Shown: in pieces, positions 50,900 to 61,582 of the stretch | Layout: the number at the start of each line of letters is the position of its first letter | How positions within the stretch are numbered: the first letter of the stretch is position 1 | Assembly (NCBI GenBank): GCA_965249555.1 | Contig: OZ252243.1 | Location: 1,664,001 to 1,728,000, forward strand | Length of the DNA stretch: 64,000 nucleotides | Reading direction: 5' to 3' | Source: Nitrosopumilus sp. | GTDB taxonomy: Archaea > Thermoproteota > Nitrososphaeria > Nitrososphaerales > Nitrosopumilaceae | The notes under the pieces: model-generated | What the model was told of the DNA's origin: nothing | The model's input: only the letters and a program-made list of their open reading frames with translations | Database searches by the model: none | Made by a program: the position numbers and the translations under genes

Positions 50900-53354
50900 A
50901 TCGTTTCTTTTTAAAATAAATCACCATTCCGATAATAACTAGTATTGGTACTATCCAAATTCCATACTCTGATTGCTCTTCTGTAAATTCTATGTTGCCA
51001 TCTACTAGACTGGTTGGCAATTTTCCTTTATCTTCCGTTACGATAAAACTTGATTCATAAAAGTCAGGTTTTAGAACAGAATTTGAAATTGCAAATATTT
51101 TGATATTGTTTGCTCCTATCCCTAAATTCTTTGTGTCCTCTGAAGGTATGCTGATGGTAATGCCATTTTCTTTTGTGCTAAGTGTCTCTGATGATATCAT
51201 ATTTCCTTCACTATTTGTCAAAAAGTATAGAATAGAATCTGAATAGTTTGTCTCTACTCTAATTTCTAATTTTTCTCCTTGTTGAATGATGTTTTTCATT
51301 TCTATGTTTGTTATTGCTGGCAATTCTGCTTTTTCAAATTCTTTCCATTTTCCAATCTTAAATGGATATGAATCATCATTAAATGCACTAACTGTTATTG
51401 TTCTTGCTTCTGGTGCATATGATTTTAAATAAAATGGACCATTGCTAATCACTGCATGATTGTTAGCATCAATCCACCTTATTGAGGAATCATATCTATT
51501 TTGAAAATATTCAGAATTTTGATAACTATCCTTTAACGATGCAGGAACAAACTTAGAGTCCTTGAATTCTTGCAAATAATCTTTGATAAGATGCGCATCT
51601 TTTGGAATAATTAATGATAACCAGTTTACATTTTTACTTGTAGCTCCAGATCTTGAAAATGATACTTTTCCATCCATAACTGCTTTCTCCATGGCAACTG
51701 TGATCTCCCATGGCATTGAATTCCATAGTACTGCCCAATCTGCAATTTCACCTTCATCAAAATGCCAATAATCCACATAGACTTCTATTGTATCGCCATC
51801 AATTTGTTTCACCCCGATAATTGTTTTAATAATCTGAGAAGCTCTTGGTGTAAATTCTGTGTCAAAAGTTCTATCATTCTCATCTGTTTGAGTTCCCCAT
51901 TCTATTGTGAAATACAGTGAGTGTAAAATGTCATTAATATCCATCATTTGTCCATTATGCCAATTACTCAATTCAAAATCAAATGTTACCTTACTTGTTG
52001 CAAGTGTATCTGGGGCAACATTCTCCCATCTTTGTGATTCTGGATTCCATATTTTTGCTTCTTGAGGAACACTTAGTTTTTCATTTGGCCCTGCAGTTTC
52101 AACTTGCCATTCTGCCCTGACAGGAAATGTTTCTCCTGTAAATGGATGCTTGAATGTTGCAGGATCTGAAATTATTCCCCAAATGTGTGTGCTATAACTA
52201 TCGGATAACCCCATAACTGGATTCCATGCACCTTGATAGATTTGCTTTACACCAATTACAAACTCATTACTATCACTTTTAGAATTAATTGGGGTGAATC
52301 TACTTGGAACTCCTGCACCAAAGTCATTGATTATTCCTTCTACTTTTTCATTTGCAACATATTGATCAATTTTACTTGCCAAAAAAATTCTGACAGATTC
52401 ATTTACTCCTTCAACCACTGCTTCTTGAATCAACTCTGCTCTGTTTTTTGATGATTCAAAACCTCCACTGTATATTTTCTGAGTCAGTTCATCTAATCTG
52501 TCATTTTTGTAATTCCAGTACGATGGATCGTTGAATCCTGGCATGCTTGAAAACCAAGGAGAATACATCTGTCCTAATCCTACTGAATCATATCTTACAA
52601 ATGCAGAACGTGCCCATCCCTCAGTGTATAAACTCCACTTCAAATCAGAAGGATTTGAGCCATATACAACAACAAATGCTTTGTTCAGATCTCCAAAATC
52701 TTTTTTGATGGTAAATCCCATTTTTTGTAATTCAACTGCTAAAATTTCACCTATTGATTTTCTGACTGGATCATCGCTTCTGATAAAAATCGTAATTACT
52801 ATTGGTTTTGAATCAAATTGCCATTTTCCATCAATTTTAATCGCCTCTCTTTCTTTTAGTACCTGAGTGATAATTTCTTCTGCGAGAGTAGGATTGTATT
52901 TGAAATTAAATGCCTCTAGTTGTTCAATAACTGTAAGATATTCTGGTTCTGATGGGCTATAGTATGAAATGATAGGGGAACCAAACCCTCCCATCAATTC
53001 ATTTACAATTAACTTTCTATCTATCAAATAATTTAGAGCAAATCTGACCTCTTTACTTGAAAATGGATTGAATTCTTTAGACTCTGCAGGATTGACAAGA
53101 ATACTGTATGATCCTCCTGTGGAATCAAAAACTTGTAATCCTTCTCTTGCCTGATAATTTTCTAGTCTATCTGGTGAAATTCTATAATAATAAACATCTA
53201 GATTTCCATTTCGTACTTCTTCCAAGGCTGTATTTTCATCTAGATATTGAATGAATTTTACTGAGTCAAAAAATGTACTTTTTTCTGCAAATGATTCATC
53301 ATACATTATAGTTGCAATTGAAAGAGCTAGTATGACAACTAGCATTTTTTTCAT
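50877..53354 (-). CDS. ABC-type solute-binding protein, family 5
   Basis: NPF...VRFALNYLIDR, WHNG, NGPFYL; signal peptide and C-terminal TM. Confidence 0.88.
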   Translation of the reverse strand: MKKMLVVILALSIATIMYDESFAEKSTFFDSVKFIQYLDENTALEEVRNGNLDVYYYRISPDRLENYQAREGLQVFDSTGGSYSILVNPAESKEFNPFSSKEVRFALNYLIDRKLIVNELMGGFGSPIISYYSPSEPEYLTVIEQLEAFNFKYNPTLAEEIITQVLKEREAIKIDGKWQFDSKPIVITIFIRSDDPVRKSIGEILAVELQKMGFTIKKDFGDLNKAFVVVYGSNPSDLKWSLYTEGWARSAFVRYDSVGLGQMYSPWFSSMPGFNDPSYWNYKNDRLDELTQKIYSGGFESSKNRAELIQEAVVEGVNESVRIFLASKIDQYVANEKVEGIINDFGAGVPSRFTPINSKSDSNEFVIGVKQIYQGAWNPVMGLSDSYSTHIWGIISDPATFKHPFTGETFPVRAEWQVETAGPNEKLSVPQEAKIWNPESQRWENVAPDTLATSKVTFDFELSNWHNGQMMDINDILHSLYFTIEWGTQTDENDRTFDTEFTPRASQIIKTIIGVKQIDGDTIEVYVDYWHFDEGEIADWAVLWNSMPWEITVAMEKAVMDGKVSFSRSGATSKNVNWLSLIIPKDAHLIKDYLQEFKDSKFVPASLKDSYQNSEYFQNRYDSSIRWIDANNHAVISNGPFYLKSYAPEARTITVSAFNDDSYPFKIGKWKEFEKAELPAITNIEMKNIIQQGEKLEIRVETNYSDSILYFLTNSEGNMISSETLSTKENGITISIPSEDTKNLGIGANNIKIFAISNSVLKPDFYESSFIVTEDKGKLPTSLVDGNIEFTEEQSEYGIWIVPILVIIGMVIYFKKKRSITIQNL

Positions 53355-53453
53355 AATCCTAATTCAAAACGCTTGTAATAAAATCTATGTTATAATGCCC
53401 TGAGACTATTATCTCCTAAAGCCTATATCCCTCATATGAATTAGAATATCCAG

Positions 53454-54089
53454 TTGAAAATTCACCCAAAAATGATTGTTGGATTACAAGGAATTATTGT
53501 GGGTGGAATCTCAGTTGAGGACTTTTCTGCTGTCACAAAATTGAATATCATTGACTCAAAAACAATTTTAGATGAATTCATAAAAAATAATATTGGGACA
53601 AAACAAGATAACTCGTACTATTTTGAAGATGGTGACAAATTAAAAATTGCTGTCATATTGCTTGAGAAGGGCTTTCCTATTGATGAAGTTTCAGTTGCAT
53701 TAGATTGGAAAGATTTTGAAGGATTGACTGCAACAATTTTGGCATCAAAAGATTTTGCAGTAATCAAGAATATGATACTGACTAAACCTAGAATGGAAAT
53801 TGACGTTATCGGCATTCGATTAGGTATTGCAATTTTAATTGATTGTAAACATTGGAAGCGTTACAGTATTTCATCATTAACCACTGTTGTAAAAAAACAG
53901 ATTGAAAGAACAAAACATTATGTTACAAAAACACCTGGGGCAATATCTGTGCCTGTAATTGTTACATTATATCAAGATAAAGTTGATTTCATTGATAGTG
54001 TGCCAATAGTGCCGATTTTCCAATTCTCTTCATTTATTGATGAATTTTATGGAAACATTGATCAGATGAAAACTATAGAAACAAACTAG
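53454..54089 (+). CDS. PD-(D/E)xK restriction endonuclease-like protein
   Basis: WKDFE, EIDVIG, IDCKHW. Confidence 0.8.
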   Translation: MKIHPKMIVGLQGIIVGGISVEDFSAVTKLNIIDSKTILDEFIKNNIGTKQDNSYYFEDGDKLKIAVILLEKGFPIDEVSVALDWKDFEGLTATILASKDFAVIKNMILTKPRMEIDVIGIRLGIAILIDCKHWKRYSISSLTTVVKKQIERTKHYVTKTPGAISVPVIVTLYQDKVDFIDSVPIVPIFQFSSFIDEFYGNIDQMKTIETN

Positions 54090-55812
54090 TTATGAAAAGA
54101 CACACTCCACCAATCATGAATCCTTTTGATATTTTCAAAGAGTTGTCAAGTGCTTTAGAAAAGTCTTCAAATATTCCCTGTCCCATAATTTTCACATCTG
54201 TTTGATTTTCTAAAATCTCATATTTTGCAGTTGTTGTTTTTGTTTCAGCGGTTTCAGCAATATCCAAAAACCATTTAGATAATTTTTCAGCTCCTGTAAT
54301 CAAACCTAATTGATAGTACCCATTCCTGTTTCTAGCTTTAACTGGGGCATAATGGGTATCTGATGTACAAATCTCAAGTAATTGAAAGTCTCTTTTTGCA
54401 AAACTGTCTATGATTTTCTCTCTCACTCCATTTTCCATATTGTTAGCATCTGCCCATCCAAGAAAATATTTTTTATCATTGATTTTGAGACAAACAATCC
54501 CTATTCCTCCCATCCCCAAGTCTTCTGTCCATACATCCATCTCATCAGAATTTGCATAACCAAATTCAATTGGAAAACTATCTTTTGTTATTAGAGTGTC
54601 TAAACATGATTTTGCAGCTTTTAGCATATCTTCTCCATCTTCTTTTGTAATTTCTTTTCCCATAGCATTGTGGCAATCTACTATGATTGTTCTAACATAA
54701 CTCCGATTTTTAGCATATTGTTCAATTTCTGTTTTCATGTAACTTGGAATGTCTTCCATTCCATGTGGAGATAAAGACAAAAACAATAATGGACTTTTTC
54801 CAAATAATAATCCTGTTACACTTGCTTTGTTTATTTGAACTGTTACTGGTTCTGTGCATTGCAATCCCTCTTCTCTGACTTCGCTATTTTCTAAATTTTT
54901 TAGATATTTCTCCACTTCATTTTTTGAAGGTAGATTTAGCGCATGATCTGATATGCTGTGCAATACCATGGCTGATGAATTATAATTTTTGTAAATTAGA
55001 TAAGGTATGTTACTTCCTCCTACTGGATGATATGGTCCTGGATGAATTTCTGGTAAAATCATTCTAAATTCTGTATTTCCATTAGATGATAGCAGCCGAA
55101 TTTGAGATGTAGATACTTTGGTTTCACTTGAGCGTTGCTCCATTAACTCTTCTGCGTCAGTAAAGTCATTTTTTTGTGACGCTAAATATGCTTGAATTGT
55201 TTTATGTGTGCTTTTCATTCCTGGTCTTCCTGCCTTATCTGTAATTAGAGACCAAGCACTAGCAATGATCAAAAATGTTATTCCATATCCTAGTGACATT
55301 GGATTTGTAAGCATTGAAATCCACATGTCTTGTGGAATTAATACTAGAAACATTGCAAGTGGTTGTATCATACAAATTGCCCAAATCTTTCTGATGCTAA
55401 CTCCTAGTGTTGTTGTAAACACACCAATTCTTATACTTGCAAACAAAAACATTCCAAATGTTATAAAAAACAATGATGTTTCTTTTGATAAGACAACACT
55501 TGCTAATAGCCCCATTAACAAAGTTGCAATCCATAACAAGTTTGCAAAAAGTGACACGTGAAGCGATTTGGAATATTCTTTCTTTTTTGTAAATCTGGTA
55601 TCAAGTAATTGTGTGATTGCTAAAACTCCTACAACCAGAGGAATTCTAAACAAAAACTCTTCTGAATCAAAATATGCCAAATATGTTATAACTGTAATTA
55701 CTGTTGCAACAACTAATGATCCCACTAAGGAAAAATAATGTGATGATGGATTGATTAGAGTAAGGGAAAATCTATTATGTATATTTGAAACATCATCTGG
55801 AGCTTTTTGCAT
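54073..55812 (-). CDS. DUF2070 membrane protein
   Basis: IHPGP..PVGGSN, DCHN, DANNM, TSDTH; start taken at MQKAP. Confidence 0.85.
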   Translation of the reverse strand: MQKAPDDVSNIHNRFSLTLINPSSHYFSLVGSLVVATVITVITYLAYFDSEEFLFRIPLVVGVLAITQLLDTRFTKKKEYSKSLHVSLFANLLWIATLLMGLLASVVLSKETSLFFITFGMFLFASIRIGVFTTTLGVSIRKIWAICMIQPLAMFLVLIPQDMWISMLTNPMSLGYGITFLIIASAWSLITDKAGRPGMKSTHKTIQAYLASQKNDFTDAEELMEQRSSETKVSTSQIRLLSSNGNTEFRMILPEIHPGPYHPVGGSNIPYLIYKNYNSSAMVLHSISDHALNLPSKNEVEKYLKNLENSEVREEGLQCTEPVTVQINKASVTGLLFGKSPLLFLSLSPHGMEDIPSYMKTEIEQYAKNRSYVRTIIVDCHNAMGKEITKEDGEDMLKAAKSCLDTLITKDSFPIEFGYANSDEMDVWTEDLGMGGIGIVCLKINDKKYFLGWADANNMENGVREKIIDSFAKRDFQLLEICTSDTHYAPVKARNRNGYYQLGLITGAEKLSKWFLDIAETAETKTTTAKYEILENQTDVKIMGQGIFEDFSKALDNSLKISKGFMIGGVCLFITSLFL

Positions 55813-55819
55813 TATCTTT

Positions 55820-55987
55820 TCACGGAGATAGAAAGATATCAATTAACCATGAAACTATAATTAAACTGATGGGAACTGTCACTACGATTTTTGGATCTAT
55901 TTTCCATCCCTTGGTCTCATCTTCAAAGAATCTCATGAGGCCGCCACTTGATGCTGGAAGTGGTGCTGATTTCTTTTTACTACTCAT
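55820..55987 (-). CDS. secG: Preprotein translocase subunit Sec61beta (55 aa)
   Basis: Manual translation MSSKKKSAPLPASSGGLMRFFEDETKGWKIDPKIVV... Confidence 0.9.
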   Translation of the reverse strand: MSSKKKSAPLPASSGGLMRFFEDETKGWKIDPKIVVTVPISLIIVSWLIDIFLSP

Positions 55988-56031
55988 TATAATTCGAAAA
56001 CACGGATTTTAACATAAAAACCTTATTGTCC

Positions 56032-57473
56032 GTATGAATCAAGCACTTAGATGTATTTTGCCATCTCAGAAAACATGTTCAATTCCCTTATTCTCCATGT
56101 CTCAAAGCATGTGAGAAAGACTGAGATCATCCTCATGCCCTGATCACTCTTCATCTGCCCGCGAACATTCCTCTGCATCACGCACTTTCGAATGGAATTC
56201 TCTGCATCATTGTTAGTTGACGGGACATCACCATCCATGACAAACGTAAACATGCTGTTCCTTGCAGTCTTTAGCTTCTTGCCAAACTGAACCATCTCCA
56301 TATCACCTTTCAAATATCGTGCAATGATACGGTCTAGCTGTTTTAGTAAATCATCCCTGTACGTTTCCCGCCGTTTTGTATGACGATTACCTACACTCCA
56401 AACCCTGGCATGACCTAGCATATCTGAGAGTTTCTCGTATAGAATCCTGGCCTTTTTGTCCTTTGATTTTATTGCCAGATATTTGGCATCGCGCTGCAGG
56501 TGTGCGGTGCATCTCTGCTTTGTGTTATCACAAAATACTGTCCTGTACGGAGCATATCCGTCAGACACTAGAGTTCCTTTGAATTTCTTCCAGTACTTTT
56601 TTAGAACATTGGCACCTCTGCTGTACTCCAAGGCATACTGTGCACTAGTCTTGCTTCTTGCAACCCACATCCATCCAGTATTTCCATCAATTGAAAATCC
56701 TGTCTCATCGATTCCGAGAATCTTTTCAGTCACGATTTCGCTGTGGATTGTATTGTAAAATGACTCTAACATCACACTACCGTTGCGAAGAATGGATTGT
56801 ACGGTTGTATTGCTGATTTCTAATCCATATCTTTCATAGAGTGTGGTTCTGATGGTATCGTATGGCATTCTCTTTGAGAACAGTGAGACGACCTCACGTG
56901 TCACTGAACCATCAAAACATCCATGTGGTGGAAGGTTTCCCGTGGTTTGAAAATTATCAGAACAGTCCATGCAGATGTATTGATTCAAAACATGCTCAGT
57001 TATACCGTAGGGTGTTGGTGGAGGAATCTCAACCATTATCCTTTTGCAGGTTTTGGTTTGATGAATATTTTCACTACCGCATTTGGGACATGCATCTGAT
57101 CTGTGGTGTTTGGTGCTAGTTGGTCTGAATTTCTGTGTCTTGCCAACGTGTCCTGCTATTCCACCACGTCTTGATTTGCCTGGCTGTCTGTGTTGTCTTT
57201 TTTGCTTTCTCCATTCAAGGGAATTCTTTGATGGCGGAGAGTGCGCATTCTCATAATATGACAGCTTTTTTTGCAGTTCCTTGTTTGATTCTATGAGATT
57301 CTCTATGATTAATTTTAGTTGTTTTATCACTTCGTCTTGTTGTTTTGTCTTTTTTTGTAGCTGTATGATGATTTTCTCATGACCACAACCTGACATGTTT
57401 TGTATGATGATTTAGTTGATCTTAGATCTTTTTGTGTAATAGTGTTGATTTGTGCGTGAAGGTTGATACATAC
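56032..57473 (-). mobile_element. IS66-family insertion sequence (single-ORF, ISBst12-like), 1442 bp
   Basis: TIRs GTATGAATCAAGC / GTATGTATCAACC; 8-bp TSD TATTGTCC at 56024-56031 and 57474-57481. Confidence 0.93.
56047..57396 (-). CDS. IS66 transposase
   Basis: HSPPS, CPKCG, DETG, SDGY..Y, QRC.AHL.R, TNNDAE..IR. Confidence 0.95.
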   Translation of the reverse strand: MSGCGHEKIIIQLQKKTKQQDEVIKQLKLIIENLIESNKELQKKLSYYENAHSPPSKNSLEWRKQKRQHRQPGKSRRGGIAGHVGKTQKFRPTSTKHHRSDACPKCGSENIHQTKTCKRIMVEIPPPTPYGITEHVLNQYICMDCSDNFQTTGNLPPHGCFDGSVTREVVSLFSKRMPYDTIRTTLYERYGLEISNTTVQSILRNGSVMLESFYNTIHSEIVTEKILGIDETGFSIDGNTGWMWVARSKTSAQYALEYSRGANVLKKYWKKFKGTLVSDGYAPYRTVFCDNTKQRCTAHLQRDAKYLAIKSKDKKARILYEKLSDMLGHARVWSVGNRHTKRRETYRDDLLKQLDRIIARYLKGDMEMVQFGKKLKTARNSMFTFVMDGDVPSTNNDAENSIRKCVMQRNVRGQMKSDQGMRMISVFLTCFETWRIRELNMFSEMAKYI

Positions 57474-57805
57474 TATTGTCCCTTCTCCAATTTTTTCATA
57501 GTTTCCAACAAAGAGTTGATCGATTTTAGAATCTCTTGCTGTTTTTCATGATTGTTTTCTTGTTCAAGTTCTTTTGATAATATTCCCATCTTCTTTTCCA
57601 GAGTTTCTGCTAAGAATGATTTTGGTTTTTGTTGGGTATTTTCATTTGGGATGTCTTTTTTTTCAGGTTCGCGTCCACAACTAACACATAATGCGTGCCC
57701 GTCTTTCATCACTCTCACCCCTGAGCAATATGGACAATGTTCACTAAGCAATGTTCCTCCTTTTAGCAATATTTCAGCAGCTTTTTTTGTAAGTTTATCT
57801 GACAC
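57473..57805 (-). CDS. Autoantigen p27/UPF0148 Zn-ribbon protein
   Basis: LLKGGTLLSEHCPYC...CVSC. Confidence 0.88.
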   Translation of the reverse strand: MSDKLTKKAAEILLKGGTLLSEHCPYCSGVRVMKDGHALCVSCGREPEKKDIPNENTQQKPKSFLAETLEKKMGILSKELEQENNHEKQQEILKSINSLLETMKKLEKGQ

Positions 57806-57909
57806 CTTTTTTCTTTGGTTTCCTATCTAAAAAATACCATCATCTTTGATTCTTGATTGGTATTCAAACAAGGCTTAATAGTGCGTATAAGTGAATTCAT
57901 TTCGAACGA

Positions 57910-58218
57910 ATGGCAGTAATTTGTAATACTTGTGGTTTACCAGATGACTTGTGTGCTTGTGGTGAACTTGCCAAAGATAGTACAAAAATTATAATTCGAT
58001 TAGAAACTAGACGATTTAGAAAAAAGGGTACCATGATAGAAGGCTTAGATCCTAAACTAAACAACTTAGAAACTGTTGCCAGAGATCTTAAAAATAAATA
58101 TGCTTGTGGCGGAACAGCAAAAGAAGGGTACATCTTCTTACAAGGTGATCATAGAGACACCATTAAAGATACTCTGATTGGGCTAGGGTTTTCTGAAGAT
58201 AGTATAGAACTGCATTAG
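57910..58218 (+). CDS. Translation initiation factor aIF1 (SUI1)
   Basis: CNTCGLP..LCAC, LK.KYACGGT, LQGDHR. Confidence 0.95.
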   Translation: MAVICNTCGLPDDLCACGELAKDSTKIIIRLETRRFRKKGTMIEGLDPKLNNLETVARDLKNKYACGGTAKEGYIFLQGDHRDTIKDTLIGLGFSEDSIELH

Positions 58219-58224
58219 AACAAA

Positions 58225-59214
58225 TTGCAAAATTCAAACAAAATTCTTCAAGCTCTTGGAATTCCTTTTACTGCATTGTTGTCTGTAATTTTTGGCTTAC
58301 TTCTTGTTTCATTTCCAATAGGACTTTTTGTTGTCTTTGAAAGCGAAATTGGTGGTGACATCAATTATGAATACCCTTTCACTCATTTAGATATTTTTTA
58401 TGGAACAGAAATGTATCAAGCCCAAATTGATGTCAGTATTGGCGATGCGTTTGTAATATTGTGGACTTTTTATGTTATAATTTTTGTAATTGCAATATTA
58501 GGTCCAAAGCATGGATTTTTAAAATCACTTTCATCGATAATATCTTTTGGAAAATATGATACTCAACTAAATTATCTATTTGGTGTAACCACGTGGTTTT
58601 CAATTTTGATTTTAGTTTCTGTATTGATTAATTTTGTTCAAGAAGGATTTGGTATTGTAACTATTCCTCCTCCTGTTGATAATAACCTCGTACAGTTTTT
58701 TTATGTTAGCTTTGCTCCATTGGTAGAAGAATTTGGATTCCGTCTAATCTTAATTGGAATCCCCTTATTTGCTCTTTATTCTCAAAAATCTTCCATAAAG
58801 TATTTTATCAAATGTTTATGGAACCCTGGTACTTTATGCATTAGTGATTCTAAAAAAGCAATTTTATTGATTATATTTGTTGGGCTTGTTTTTGGATTTG
58901 CACATATTGCATTAGGTGAATCTTGGAGCGAGGGTAAATTTGCTCAAGCAACAGCAAGTGGGATTATTTTAGGATGGGTTTATCTTAGATATGGTTTTGT
59001 AGCTTCACTTTTGATTCATTGGGCTACCAATTATTTTGTATTTTCATATGCAAATTTTATCTCTCATCTAAATTCTATTTCTATTGCAGATGCATTTTCT
59101 CATTCATTAATGTCATCATTGGAGATATTGTTCTTGCTTGCAGGTGTTTTATCGATTTCTATGTTAATTGTAAGTAAATTTTATTCTAGAAAAGTATCTG
59201 ATTTAGAGATTTAA
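58225..59214 (+). CDS. CPBP (Abi/CAAX) intramembrane metalloprotease
   Basis: EEFGFR, FGFAH, IHWATN. Confidence 0.9.
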   Translation: MQNSNKILQALGIPFTALLSVIFGLLLVSFPIGLFVVFESEIGGDINYEYPFTHLDIFYGTEMYQAQIDVSIGDAFVILWTFYVIIFVIAILGPKHGFLKSLSSIISFGKYDTQLNYLFGVTTWFSILILVSVLINFVQEGFGIVTIPPPVDNNLVQFFYVSFAPLVEEFGFRLILIGIPLFALYSQKSSIKYFIKCLWNPGTLCISDSKKAILLIIFVGLVFGFAHIALGESWSEGKFAQATASGIILGWVYLRYGFVASLLIHWATNYFVFSYANFISHLNSISIADAFSHSLMSSLEILFLLAGVLSISMLIVSKFYSRKVSDLEI

Positions 59215-60111
59215 TGCTACTTTCAAGCCTTTGTATCTATTTCTAATTGTGACTTCAGTTACTCCTGCTGCATCAGCTACATCTCGTTGTGTCTTATTTT
59301 CACCATTCGTTACACATGCCACATATAGTGCAGCAGCTGCTAATCCCATTGGGTCTTTTCCTGCAGAAATTTTAAGTTCTTCAGCAGTCTGTAAAATTTT
59401 TGTTGCTCGTCTTTTTGTTTTTTCAGATAATCCTGCTTTACTTGCAATTCTTGAAATACATTTAACTGGATCAACCACTGGCATTCTCAAATTTAATTCT
59501 CTTAGCAGTAAGCGGTAACATCTAGCAATGTCTTTTCGTTTAATGTTACTTGCTTGCCCAATATCTTTTAGTGTTCTAGGAGTTTCTGTGTCTCTACATG
59601 CTGCATATAATGCAGATGCAATTAATGCTGAAATGGAACGTCCTCTGACAAGTCCTTTTTCAAGTGCTTTCCTGTAAATGTATGCTGCTTTTTCAATAAC
59701 TGCATCTCCAACTGCAAGTTTGTCTTTTAGTCTATCTAATTCACTAAATGCTTGTCTAAAGTTTCTATCCACTGGTTCATGAACTTGACTTCTACTATCC
59801 CAAGTTCTGAGTCTTTCAATGGTACTTTTCATAGAAGCTGTAAGTGGTTTTCCAGTTGCATCTCTATTTTGAGGATTGATGACAGTTGCTAATCCCATAT
59901 CATGCATGGCAAGTGAAGTTGGAACTCCTGCTCTACTTTTATTTTCACCTTCATTTGAAAATGATCTCCATTCTGGTCCTGATTCTTCTACTTTATCGGT
60001 AATTACAAATCCACATTTTCCACAAAAATTCTCTCCAGTGCTGGCATCTGTAACTAGCGTACCTTTTCCACATCTAGGACATCGATCTTTTGAGTTTGCT
60101 GTGTTGACCAT
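59203..60111 (-). CDS. tfb: Transcription initiation factor IIB
   Basis: CPRC...CGKCG ribbon, GPEWRSF, RGRS, VTEVTIRNRYK. Confidence 0.97.
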   Translation of the reverse strand: MVNTANSKDRCPRCGKGTLVTDASTGENFCGKCGFVITDKVEESGPEWRSFSNEGENKSRAGVPTSLAMHDMGLATVINPQNRDATGKPLTASMKSTIERLRTWDSRSQVHEPVDRNFRQAFSELDRLKDKLAVGDAVIEKAAYIYRKALEKGLVRGRSISALIASALYAACRDTETPRTLKDIGQASNIKRKDIARCYRLLLRELNLRMPVVDPVKCISRIASKAGLSEKTKRRATKILQTAEELKISAGKDPMGLAAAALYVACVTNGENKTQRDVADAAGVTEVTIRNRYKGLKVALNL

Positions 60112-60251
60112 TTTTATATTACCAAAACTTTTTCTGATACTATTTAACAATTTCTAAATTATCACTTATAAGTCTTTGATTAACGGATTCTATCTTATCA
60201 GAGGTTGATTCTTCTCGATGTGAAATATCTGTTGGTTTTTTTGAATAGAAC

Positions 60252-60762
60252 TTATGAAACAGTAGTAGCACTTGCAACAACTCCATTGGGAGTAGAGACA
60301 ACAACTTTCAAATCAGTACCAATTTCTAAACTATTAGCAATCTCTGTTGTAATTGTAGCTGTTTCATCATTGTTTAGAATTTCAGGATCAAATACATCAC
60401 CGGTCCAAGAGGATATGCACCATTCATCAGCTGCAGAAGGACATGTGGCATCATATGTTTGAGTTACAGTGTAGGTGGTACTGTCACTATCATACGTGAT
60501 TATGACATCAAATTTATCAAATTACCATAATTTTTCCAAGTTTGTATTTGTAATATCAAAATCAAATGTAGTAACCACTCCAGGGGATTGGAAACTTGTT
60601 AGACTAATGGTTGTTTTTAGTAATTTACTTTCTAAATCAGACTTTTGAGAAGAAACTTTAGTAATAGATGCCCGTAGTATCCGTAAAACCCGCAAATGCG
60701 AACATCACATAAGTTATGCCAAATAGTATAATCGCACCACTAATGGCATTACTCAATCCCAT
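60252..60762 (-). pseudogene. Archaellum accessory FlaF/ArlF-like pseudogene
   Basis: MGLSNAISGAIIL..., frameshift near 60670, NTNLEKLW*FDKFDVII, DPEILN.DE, VVSTPNGV. Confidence 0.75.
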
Positions 60763-60945
60763 AGAAAATCACCTTTAGATACCGAGAAAACATAATCGTC
60801 AGATACATCCTTTGATTTAACACTTGAACTATATTATGAGTTTCATATATTAATATTTTAATGTGATGATATTGAACAAAGAATATGTTTAATATTTTTT
60901 AACCAATAGATATTGACAAAATAATTCATTCTTCTATATCTTTTA

Positions 60946-61581
60946 TTAAGATTCTATAATTTTTACAATTTTTTCTGCGATCTGAGGCTTTTCATTTTGT
61001 TCCAACAGAAATTTCAAATCTTCATTATTATCAACATCCCACATGATTCTTTTTACAAAAACCATTGCAACATTTCGTGTGTGTTCTTTAGCAGTATTCA
61101 TGTGAATCTTGTAGCTATCCTCATCATAGTGAGTTTCCATTAAATCTACAGGCATTCTTACTAGTGCGTTAGTTCCATCAAATCTTCTTGATGGAACAAC
61201 TATTGCAAAATTTGGTGGCATTTTATAATTTAACATAAAGTCAATATCCTGAGTTTTGATGTATGGTATGTCTTGTGGAAATACAATTGAGGCATCAAAA
61301 CCATTCTCTAGAAGATATTCATCTGCAAGTGCAACTGCCCCATTAACACTTTCTTCTTTTTCATCAATTATGGTAATTGTATTGAATTTTTTTCCAATTT
61401 CAATTGCTTTTTCTTCTTTTGTTACCATGATTGTTTTTTCAATTTGTGGGGATATTGATATTGTATGAAGAATCTCTTCTAGCATTACTTTACATAATTC
61501 TTCTATTTGATGTGGAGATAAATCTAACCGAGTTTTTGCTTTAGAGAAAGTCTTTACAGGAATTATTGCAGCTATTTTCAA
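60946..61581 (-). CDS. cofC: 2-phospho-L-lactate/PEP guanylyltransferase
   Basis: IIPVK.F.KAKTRL, DIP, GTNAL, DVD...DL. Confidence 0.93.
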   Translation of the reverse strand: MKIAAIIPVKTFSKAKTRLDLSPHQIEELCKVMLEEILHTISISPQIEKTIMVTKEEKAIEIGKKFNTITIIDEKEESVNGAVALADEYLLENGFDASIVFPQDIPYIKTQDIDFMLNYKMPPNFAIVVPSRRFDGTNALVRMPVDLMETHYDEDSYKIHMNTAKEHTRNVAMVFVKRIMWDVDNNEDLKFLLEQNEKPQIAEKIVKIIES

Positions 61582-61582
61582 A

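Noticed and set aside
53454-54089. Restriction-modification or defence system
   Set aside because: Stand-alone nuclease-fold gene in housekeeping context with no methylase nearby
55785-56012. 75-aa plus-strand ORF
   Set aside because: Antisense to Sec61beta
60205-60462. 85-aa plus-strand ORF
   Set aside because: Antisense to the flaF pseudogene
60574-60583. CCTGGAGTGG match to the cassette inverted repeat
   Set aside because: Only 10 bp, inside flaF-derived coding sequence; probably chance
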